This document shows positions 51,401-64,000 of a stretch of 64,000 bases of DNA, in pieces. A model generated the notes under the pieces. The model did not search any database. It was not told the DNA's origin and saw nothing but the letters and a program-made list of their open reading frames with translations. Origin of the DNA: Lama guanicoe (lineage: Eukaryota); assembly GCA_013239625.1 (NCBI GenBank), contig MU053431.1:2570485-2634484 (forward strand), read 5' to 3'. Numbering within the stretch: the stretch's first letter is position 1; every line of letters starts with the position of its first letter. A program made the translations under genes and the position numbers.

Positions 51401-54061
51401 GGGTGACCACATTGCAGGTGGGACAGACAGCCTCTCCCCGTTCGTGGATGGCTCGTTGCCACTGCTCCTCAGGGCCACCTGTAGGGGCAGAGCCAGAGCC
51501 TCAGGGGCCACACTCAGCCCCCGTCCCTGTGGTTCAGGATCCGCCCCACAGTCGAGACCTGGCCTGGGCCCCACCACATGGCAGCCCCCACCTGGGGCTG
51601 GGTGGGCCACAGGGGCCGGCACCTCCTTGCTGACAGCGCTGGTTGGGGCCGGCACCTTCTTCCGCATGTCCTCGGGGCCCGGCCCCTCCTGCTTCTTGGC
51701 ACGGTGAATGCGGGATTTGTCTTCCGCCTTGGCTAGGCCTGTGTGCACATGTAGGTGGAGCAGGTGTGGGCCGAGGGTGCTGGCACACCTGTACATGTGC
51801 TGAACCCCGCAGGTGCCTGGCTGGCCTGAGGCCTCACCTTTGAGTCCGAAAGTCCCTGAGATGGACGGCTGCTCCCCTGTAAACTTCTTGGGTGTTTTCT
51901 GTTTCCTTCCTGACTCGGGGGAGAGAAAACAGGGGCCAAGACTCTGGTCAAATAACCATCGGGAGGCACCGCCCCTGTCCCAGCCACTGGCCCCCGCCCT
52001 CGTCTTACTGTGCTTTGTGCGCTCCGCACCCTCCTCAGGCGGGGACACAGGGCCCGAGGCCCTTAGCGCCTCCTTGCCTCCCAAGGGCCTGCTGCCCAGA
52101 GAAAGGGGGCTGCTGCTGGATTCTGTGCTCTGCTGGAAGGCCGAGCTCTGGCCGGTGGTGGATGGGCCATACTCCCCGTTCTCTGGCCTCGCCTGCTTGG
52201 GTGGAATGGGGCAGGCATCCAGGCCATCTGCAGCCCTGCAGGGAGCAGGGAAGTGAGGGACAGGAGAGTCCACTCTGGGCCCTGTGACCCCCAGGCTGCA
52301 GCTGGAGGCACCAACCCCAACTCAGCAGGAGCCCCCGTACCTTTTCTTACCGCTGCTCCTCCCCGCGGCTCGAGGAGCCTTGTTCTCAGACTTGGTCAGC
52401 AGCACCATCTTGCAGGGCGGTGTGTGTCTGCTGATGGCAATAGGTCTGCTGACCGTCACTGGCTTACTGACCACAATGGGCCTGCTGACCGTCACCGGCT
52501 TTGTAACCGGCACGGGTTTTGTAACTGTCACAAGCTTTGTCATCGGCACTGGCTTGTTGATGGTCACCGGTTTGGTGACTGTCACTGGCTTGGCGATTGG
52601 CACAGACTTGGTGACAGGTATAGGCTTGTTGACTGGCATGGGCCGGCTGACCGTCACTGGCTTGGTGGCTGGCACAGGCCGGCTGACCGTCACTGGCTTG
52701 GTGGCTGGCACAGGCCGGCTGACCGTCACTGGCTTGCTGATGCCGATAGGCTTGCTGATAGTGACAGGTTTGCTCACTCCAATGGGCTTGCTGACCCCAA
52801 CGGGCCGACTGACGGTGACCGGCCGGCTCACTGGCCCAGGCTTGGGGGCAGGCAGAGGTCGGTCCATGTGGTTCCAAATCCGGTGCTTCTCTAGCTGGGT
52901 CTTGGAGGTGAATGCGGCCTCACAGAAGGGGCAGGGAAAGGTGAGCCTTTCTGAGATGGCACCCTGGGTGGAGAGGGCAGGTGTGGGGTGGGGTGCCCAG
53001 GCCTCTGCCCAGACACCCCTGAGCCCACAGCCAGGGCAGGGCAGGCCCCAGGCCTCCTCTTCCCCAGCCGCAGACCTTACCCCTCGGCACCGCTGGTAAT
53101 GGTACTTGAGCCCGTAGATGCTGGGGAACTCCAGCCAGCACCCAGAGTTTGGACACTTCACCCTCGAGTGCGCCTTGAACTCATCTTTCCACTGGTTCAT
53201 CAGGGAGAGCTGGGCGTGGGAGAGGCCAGGCTGCTGACCCCACAGCTGCCCAGGCCTCTGCAGCGCCCTCCCCAGGCCAGAGCCCTGCAACCCTGGACCA
53301 CAGTAGGAGGCAGGCCCCTCGAGGAGCCTCAGTGCACCAGACTGTTCCTTGAGCCCCACAGACACGATCAACTAGGCCCCAGGCCCTGCCCTGAAGCCCT
53401 GACACACAGAGCGGCCGGCTGATGTAGGCTGAGGGCTCGCTGCTGCTCTTGCAGGAGGTGAGCACAGGCGAGGCAGTGGGCATGCCAGGCAGACCCCCCA
53501 GGAGCCCCACCCAGCCCTCAGGGAGCTCACAGGAATGTCTCGGAGGGCCTGGCTCTCAGCTTTTGGACGCCCCTTTTTCTTCCCTTCTGTCCTGTCGCTG
53601 GCTGAACTTCCCGAGTCAAGGCAGAGTGGGCCCTGACTGGGCACCGTCTGCCCACCCCGGACCATCGGCAGCCCTGCAGCACACAGCAGACCGAGGCTCA
53701 GAGGCTGCACTCCCCACAGCCTCATTAGCCACCCAGGGGGCTAGTCAAGCCTGGACCGGGGCATGGGGGGCAGGAGGCCACGGGCAGCCAAGGATAAGAA
53801 CCCAGGACCCTGGGCTGCCTCCACCCTGGGAAGCTTCTTAGGAGCCTAGGCGGCCAGCTGGGCACCTAGAAGCTGACATCCAGGGAGGTCCAGACCCAGC
53901 CCCGCTGCCCATGACCACCTGGCCTGACTCTTCTTACCTAGCTTTGGAGGGTCGTGGAGCATGGGAAGTCGGACCTCGTTCCGGCTGCCATCCTTCCCAG
54001 GTCCAGTCTTGCTGGACCCTGGAAGCCGGCGGCCTCCTCCAACACAAAAGGGATCGGTCAT
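48443..54061 (-). CDS. ZNF512B: Zinc finger protein 512B, 886 aa; exons 54061-53938, 53673-53531, 53209-53081, 52963-52341, 52235-52009, 51909-51838, 51738-51592, 51478-51354, 51281-51189, 50977-50879, 50797-50627, 50382-50188, 50009-49908, 49606-49544, 49038-48940, 48691-48443
   Basis: MTDPFCVGGGRRLPGSSK...; atypical and C2H2 fingers (CPNSGC..H..RC, CPFCE..H...NH, CQHCRK..HTMAEH, CAHCGK..HVRSEH, CLLCPK..HILKTH); PVTVSK repeats; ends ...GRKVGASKAPEK*. Exon sum 2661 nt, GT-AG throughout. Confidence 0.96.
52430..52843 (-). repeat. ZNF512B: Coding tandem repeat: 23 x hexapeptide (K/R)PV(T/P/G)V(S/T) in ZNF512B exon 5
   Basis: 414 nt = 23 x 18 nt, from KPGPVS to RPIAIS. Confidence 0.9.
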
Positions 54062-55479
54062 CTCTGCAGAGCAAGTGAACAGACCTATGAGGCCCACGAG
54101 GCCCAACTCAGGACTTGAAATGGGCTGTTCTTGAATCCTGCCCCCAGGGAGGTCCACTCTCTGGCCCAAGGAAGGGGAGCCGACCTACCTGTGCTTTTGG
54201 CCACAAGGGAAGCAGGTGATGGGGTGGGGGGTACGTCTGGTTTAGGGAAGGGGCTGCGCAGCCAAAGTCTCCCCAGACCCAGATGACCCAGGAGATACCG
54301 TCAGCTTGGAAAAATCTAACCCTGTTCTGAGACCCTCACCAGCCCCACGGGGCTCCCTCTGTCTCCAGACACACAATCCCGGAGAGTGCCGAGAATCACG
54401 CACCTCCTACCTAGTGCTGGGCTGTGGATGGCCCCAGGAGGGGTGCGGTGCCCTGGAGGAGGGAGGCCAATAATACCCCTCTAGGGGCCAATTGTTACAC
54501 TGGTGTGGCTGTTGGCCTACAGGCTGTGCTGGCCCGGTACCTTGGGACACCTTCCCCCACAGCCCCACCCAGACCCAAGGCAATGCCCCTGGACAATGCA
54601 TCCTTCTCCCCAGAACACAGATGGAAGGCAGGCCCTGAGGGCCCCAGCCCACTCTCCAACTGCACACACACCCCTCCAGGGGGAGCAGACCAAGGACCCC
54701 GCAGCACCGGGTTCTAGTCCCTGTGCCAGCTGCACCACCCTACCTGACCCTCTTCTTGGCCATGTTCCCAGCTGGGGGCCCTCCCACCAGAAGGAGGTCT
54801 CACACTGGACCCCTCAGCCACCCTCCACCTGGCAGACCTCCCCCTCACTTCCACCCTCAAGAGACTCTCCATCCCCAGTCTACAGGCCCCCCAGCACCAC
54901 TCCACAGACCACCAGCCACTGGCCACAGGGAACATTCCACTGCCCCAGGCTGGGCCTCTGCGGGCCTGTTCTGCTGGGGTCCCTACACCCTGAGAGCTGG
55001 GGGACTCTGAGTTCACTGAAGAAGGTGGTAGTGGGGGGGGTTCTGTGGGCAGGTGACCCCTCCCCTGGGGGTTTCCAGCTAACATATCAGAGGGGATGGG
55101 AAGGAGCTGGTGTGCCTAGGAGGGTCCAGGGGCCATCTGGGCAGAGATCAGGAAAGTTACTGCCCACGGCCATGGAGATGCCTATACCCTGAGCCTGGGG
55201 GAGGTCTAGAGGGGTCGAAACAAACTTCTTTGAAGTCCTCACACTGCTGCTTCTGAGGTGACATGCTAGCATCAGTCACCCCAGCCCCATGACGACCCCA
55301 GCCGCGGGGGCTGAGGGTGCCTGCTGAGCCCACCTTTCCAGTCTTCCTCCAGCTTAGGTGGAGAATTCAGAGTTCCCGGGCCTGGGGCAGAGGCTGGCCT
55401 AGGAGTCAGAGACCCTCCTTCTATCTAGGGCCTGTGACTGGCGCACCAAAAAGAGAAAGGACTTCCACCCTCCCAGAGG

Positions 55480-56290
55480 GCCCAGCAGGGTCGTAGAGGT
55501 GGGACCCTCGCCGAAGGGCTGGGGGGAAGGGGTGCCACGCGCTGACAGCAGGCGACGCTGGCAGCGGGACCGGGGCCAAGGCCGCTCGGCCCCGGGACCC
55601 CAGCCCAAGCCTGGGCGCGCAGATGAGGCGGGCCAGGGGACGCACACCTGGAGACTGGCCTCACCACCCACCTGTCACCTGTGCCGCGTGCGGGCCCGGC
55701 CTGGCCCCGGAAGGGCCGATCGCGGGCGCCTTTGGGGTGGGGGGGCCCAGAGGCAGTGAACCAAAATGGCGACTTTTTCTGGAGAAGGAGGAGGCAGGGA
55801 CGCGGCGCCGGCGCCGGGCGCGGGGCGCGGCGCTGGGGTACGGGCGCGACGGGGGCGGCAGGCTGGGGCCCCGGGCTCGCTTCACGACCTGCGCGCGGGG
55901 TCAGGGTCGGGGGCGCGGCCGGCGNNNNNNNNNNNNNNNNNNNNNNNNNNNNNNNNNNNNNNNNNNCAGGGCCGGGCAGGGGCCGGGGCCGGGCCGGGCC
56001 GGGCCGGGGCGCAGGGCGCGGGGCGCGGGCGGCGCAGGCTGCGCGCCGCGCTGCGCACATGCGCGCTCCCGCCCCTCCCACCTTTGACAGTTTTACTGTG
56101 GGGGGGAGGGGGCGAACTCTCGCGGTATTCCTGCAGCCGTTCCGCGACGGGGAGAGACGGGTCGGGGGAGGGGGCCCAAAGGGCTAGCCCGCTCGCCCGG
56201 CTCCCGATCCGTCGCCTGCATGTGCTGGGCCACCAGTGCATGGTGGCCAGTTGTGCCGCTCGCAGGGCAGGAGGCGTTTTCCAGGCAATG
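55480..56290 (-). promoter_or_regulatory. ZNF512B CpG-island promoter / non-coding exon 1 region (partly in N gap 55925-55966)
   Basis: High CpG, YY1-type CAAAATGGCG at 55762-55771, NRF1-like GCGCACATGCGC ~56053-56064. The first coding exon has an acceptor 2 nt before the ATG, so an upstream exon is required. Confidence 0.75.
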
Positions 56291-57049
56291 GGGTAAACTG
56301 AGGCACGATAAGGCGCTGGGTACTGCCCCCTAAGCCCAGCGCGCACGAACTGAAGGGACTGAACATCTCTGAGTCCTGGCCTTGGGAAGGTGTGGCTGTG
56401 GCAGCCGCTGTCCGCTGGGACCTTGAACTCTTGGTCCCCACGGGCCTTCCCCCTGCAAAGCAGGATCTGGCCTCTTTTCCAACCTGTGACCATGTCTGCT
56501 CGTGGCCACCCTCAGGGAATCGCCTGGCCCCTGGCAGTGCCATGGCAGTTTGAGGCCATGGGCTTTATTGGGGTTACTGACCATTGGAGCAGTGTTTGTC
56601 TACTTTTGGGAGGGTAGTCCAAAATCAGCGGCCAGTGCCTTGCTCCTCTGTGCCCCAGAACTGGGCTCTCGGCCGGGAAGGTCATTTCAAGTCTAGGGGT
56701 GATGGGGCACCAGCCTCACCGAGACTTGAGAATGAATGAAACAAGGAAGGAGTTGTAGGTGGGAAACAGAGGCACAAGGTGCACCCCTTCCCTGAGCCCC
56801 TTCCACCCGTTCTGTCCACACTGGAGCAGCTTTGGCTACACAGCTTGTGGGCAGGGCACAAAGGACAGGGGTAGATTTGGGGCCTGCTTCTTTCAAGGGA
56901 TGAAGTGCCCACAGTGGGGCAAAGGCAGGGTGGGGCCCTCTGTGGGGAGGTAAGTCAGTCCTTCCCTTGGAAGTCAGAGCCAGAGAGGCCCATGTGATCC
57001 TTCCCTCATTCCTGTGCCTGGGGTCAAGACATGCAGGACTTGGGGAGAG

Positions 57050-57560
57050 GGGTCAGTGTGTGTGCCCTGAAGTGCACCCAAGGTTGCCAGCTTTCCCTGC
57101 GTAAGTCACGTATGATGCTTCTGTGTGATGATGTGTGTCAAGCAGTGTCCTGTCTGGTGTCAGGGTATGTCTGTGTGTCCTGTACTAGGTGAGAAAGATG
57201 CCTATCGTGTTTTAGCATTCAGGTGATGTAGTGTGTAGGAAGGTGTCTGGGTCTCAGCCGGTGTCTGTCCAGGCAACAGCGTATCTGGCGATCAGGGCAT
57301 CGTGTGATGTCATATGCGTTGTATATGGGGTGTGCTGCACTTGGTGTCTTTCTGTCTGTTAGGTGATCATGGGATGCTGGGACACTGTGTATCAGGTATG
57401 TTGTGGGTCTGGATGCTGGTGTCATTGTCTCTGTATCAGTGTCTGTGTGTCCAGACTGCAGTGGTCAGTTTCTGCCTCTGTGTATTTGCTCGTCTGGTTG
57501 CTGTGTGGGTATGTGTGTCAGTGCATGTGCTGCCAAACGTGTGTTTCTTATCTAAGTGCA
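57050..57560. repeat. Degenerate TG-rich low-complexity tract
   Basis: Many interrupted tgtg/tgtc runs. Confidence 0.55.
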
Positions 57561-57569
57561 CTGCCCTGT

Positions 57570-57943
57570 TGGGGTGCTAAATGAGGACCCCAGGAGATAG
57601 CTACTTCAGATCTCTGAAACCTGTGAATGGACTTTATCTGGAAAAGGGCTTTTGAAGACATAATGAAGTTAAGGATCTAGAAATGAAGAGATCATTCTGG
57701 GTTATCTAGGTAGGCCCAGTGACAAGTGTCCTCGTAGGAGGGTGATGATACCACGGAATCCAGGGTGGAGTGATGGGAGAACCTGGGATAGGTAAGGAAG
57801 CGTCTTCCCCTGAGCCCCGGCAGGAGTGCTGTGCAGCTGAATTTCAGGCGTGCGGCCTGAGGAACAGTGAGAAAGTCCATTTCTGGTGTGTTAAGCCTCC
57901 CAGTTGTGGTCATTGTTTATAGCAGCCCCAGGAACCTAACACA
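57570..57943 (+). mobile_element. MaLR solo LTR (MLT1-type)
   Basis: acctgtgaat...gaaaagggcttt..aagttaaggatct...gagatcattctgggttatc...; 3' end aagcctcccagttgtggtcattgtttatagcagccccaggaacctaacaca. Confidence 0.75.
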
Positions 57944-58163
57944 CCTGTGTCCGAGCGTCTGGGTGCGGTCCACAGGGCTGAGCCCTCCTTCATAGCCTTT
58001 GCCAGCTAGCCTGGCAGGTCCAGGCGTAAACAGGCACCCTGCCAGGATGGAACACCACTGCCCCCTGGTGGCCACAGCTGGAGACAGCTGGTCCCTGACT
58101 CCCTACCCCACGTGCCTGGTTGGCCAGAGCGGGACACCACACTTAGGTCGCTTGAGAACCGGG

Positions 58164-58169
58164 TTTATT
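58164..58169 (-). terminator. SAMD10: SAMD10 poly(A) signal AATAAA
   Basis: tttatt on + strand ~1.36 kb downstream of the stop codon. Confidence 0.65.
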
Positions 58170-59529
58170 TCTGGTCTTTTTGTCAGAGTGTAAAAAAGTT
58201 AGCACAGAACAAGGAAGACAAGACAAGCATGGTGGGGCCAAGGGGACAAGACAAGGAGGGGGAAGGAGGGACGGGAAGGGCTCCCGGAAAGGGAGCTGTC
58301 CTGATGGCAGGAGGTGGCCAGGGGCACTTGGGGCAGCCAGACAGTATAAGGAGCTTCCCGTGAGGGACACATGGGATGGGAGGCACCAGGCGAGTTGTTC
58401 GAGTTCCACTTGGGACCTACACACCCAGCCTCCCATCCTGAGGCCAACTCAGAGCACAGAGAAGGGGCTGGAGGCTCAGCCTCATCTGTCCCTGAGATTT
58501 TCAGAGTCCCCTAGGGGAGTAAGTGGGCAGAGGAGCAAGAGGGTGGGGGTGCCAGGACCACCCTTGCTATCCCTCTGCTGGGCAACGCCAGCCAGCCCCA
58601 GACCTGGGACTTTCTGGCCCACAGGGCAGTTGCTCAGATGCTGGCTGGGTCTCCAGTGGGTGGGGCATGGGATGCAGCCATCAGGACAGTTCTTGTGTGG
58701 ACCCGGGATTTCCTGGGAAAGGGACAGTGGGAATGCCCACCCATGACTATGCCTCAAAGGTGGTCTCCATGACCCTGGGAGGAGAGGGACGTTTCCAAAC
58801 CAAAGGCCAGGACACGGCTGAGCCCGGTGCTGGGTATGGGGTGTGGGGTCCTCACTGTGCCACTCGGGTCTCGGGTGCGTGTCCCAGTTCCCGCAGGTAG
58901 CCGAGAGTGTGGTGAGAATTTATGAGAATAGATGAGTGAAAGCAGTTGGCCCGCTGCCCTGCCAGGCCAACACTGATGCCCATCCTCTGGGCCGGGAAAG
59001 GGGAGGGCACACGCCAAAGGGAGCCTTGGCAGTTTGTCCCACCTGTGCGGGCAGTTCTCTGGGTGCTTGGGGAGGGCCTAAACAGGGGGCAGACCTCCAG
59101 CCCTGGGAGAGAGCAGGATGCCTACAGGACATGTGACTTAGCAGGCGATGGAGGACAGACATTAATGGGGTGAAGGGGACATAAATAAACAGGCTCCCTG
59201 GGAGTCTAGGGGACGTCCAAACCCACTCTGGCTCCAGGTGGCTGTCCTGCATGCTGCCAGCAGCACCAGGGGGTGGGCCTGGGCTCAGGTCCTAGGACGA
59301 AGGGCCACACTTAAGCAGCCCCTGCCCGCCCAATCCCAGGCACAGCCCAGAGTGCACAGCCAGAGGTGGCTGGAGGTGGCAATTCTGGTCCCACCTATCC
59401 ACGGGACTGGCCTCAGCCCCTGGGGCCTCTTGCAGGGTCCCAGAGGGGCTGCGCGGCCAGCTCTGCCTCGTCCTTGTCAGGGGCTCCAGTCACAGTGCTG
59501 AGGTCTGGGGTTCAAGCCTCAAGCAGCAG

Positions 59530-62780
<3,251 letters not shown>

Positions 62781-64000
62781 GGGGCCCGCGGGTCCCCAGC
62801 CCAGCCGGTGCACACGCCCCTCGCCGGGCGCAGGGCGGCCCGTGCGGCCAGCGGGGAACGCGCGCCGCCGCCCCACCCCAACCGGCCCCGCGCCCGAGCC
62901 GGTCCCCGCGCCCGGCGAGTCTGCGCGGCGAGGCACCTGCCGCTGAGCTTGAGAGCGGGGCGCGCTCCGGGAGCTCCGAGTTTTGTCGGCGGCGCGCGGA
63001 CCTGCGTACGCGAAGGGTGTCCGCCGCGGCGAGGGGCATCCGTGCGCACCTAGGCATGGGACTGTGCACCTACAAGGGGTCCAGGCTCTGAAGGATCTGA
63101 GGCAGGGACGTAGGGGTGCATTAGTTCCCTGTGTGTGTGGAGGGTGGGGGAGTATCCTACCTGCTTCTGGGACCTTTTGCCCACTGGGACCCAGGTCGAG
63201 GGCCCAGACCCCCCACCACCACCACCAGGTCCCTCCATTCTCCCATGTCGGTTTACTTATTTATTCCTTTATTCGTGCATTCTCTGGGCCTCTCTGGAGG
63301 GCTCTCCTTCAAATGGCCACTCACTTTCCTAGAGAAGCCAGTTTGACCCTCTCTTGCCCCCCACCACCCTATGAAGGTTAGGAGGGCAGCTGGGATCTCT
63401 CTCTTTCCCTCTGTAGCCCCAGAATCTGACTCAGTGCCCACGGCGTGTCACTCCAAGGGGCTCAGCTGGGAACAAGGAGGAGAGAGAAACTCGGAGGAGG
63501 CCACAGCAGACAGGAGGGATGTGTCTGGTTCATGACCCCTGTGAGAAGTGTTTGGGTGGGCTGGGGGCTACCTGGTCCAGCAGAAGACCAGACTTGTGAC
63601 TAGCTTTTTGCCTGCTCTGCCAAAGAGACCGAAGGCTCTCCCCAGGTGTATATGGGGGCCAGAGGATGTCCCACACCCACCCCAGCAAAGGTGCACACGG
63701 ACAGGCAGACATGCATGCAGAGGACAGTCTTGCGTATCCACCTCAAACATGAGCACAGATGATCTGACTTGCACCAGTGCCCACCAACACACTCAAGTAG
63801 ATTTGCACTGAATCCACCCACATGCTGTGACCGCCTATGCCCACACACTGACTTATTCTGTTGCATTTATTTATTTTCATCAATTAGCTGCTTAGGGTCT
63901 GGGCTCCCACCGTCATCGGAATCACCAGAATCACCGAATGTTCAGGGTATGGTGGGGGTGTGAGTGGGGCTTGTATAGGTAGGTACCAGCGCCAGGACTG

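Noticed and set aside
52253..53099. Long plus-strand ORFs (213 and 271 aa) with LTVTG / HWLG repeats
   Set aside because: Antisense shadows of the ZNF512B hexapeptide repeat exon.
63060..64000. Start of PRPF6 (next gene by human synteny)
   Set aside because: No CpG island or recognisable exon before the window ends.

Overview
Mammalian, GC-rich euchromatic DNA, not prokaryotic. Four tRNA-Ala-derived SINEs of the Vic-1 type suggest a camelid (camel/alpaca/llama). The window is syntenic with human 20q13.33: DNAJC5/CSP-alpha (+; probable long intron 1 over ~1-21269, CDS 21281-23287, 198 aa, ~4 kb 3'UTR), then UCKL1 (-; 15 coding exons, 548 aa), ZNF512B (-; 16 coding exons, 886 aa) and SAMD10 (-; 5 exons, 201 aa). 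All four were spliced by hand with GT-AG junctions and intact frames. Most of the supplied ORFs are GC-rich noise. The most interesting signals not shown by the ORF track are: (1) a miR-1388 hairpin on the minus strand at 30879-30960, with a seed-region variant in the 3p arm; (2) a candidate spliced host transcript for it (promoter-like cluster ~32040-32110, donor 31962, terminal exon 28688-~28510 with AATAAA); (3) an orphan CpG island at ~29150-29900; (4) a pair of same-phase, apparently mutually exclusive UCKL1 microexons (RELSVR 17 nt vs RKLRWDM 20 nt); (5) the DNAJC5 CSP2 'GGH-stop' cassette exon; (6) an alternative UCKL1 first coding exon; (7) a splice-acceptor-like VNTR abutting UCKL1 exon 4; (8) a back-to-back poly(A) signal where the ZNF512B 3' end nearly touches the UCKL1 promoter; (9) a near-perfect 155-bp tandem duplication in the ZNF512B 3'UTR. 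There are two N gaps (3935-4041, 55925-55966). Gene, miRNA and repeat identifications come from recalled sequences, not database searches.
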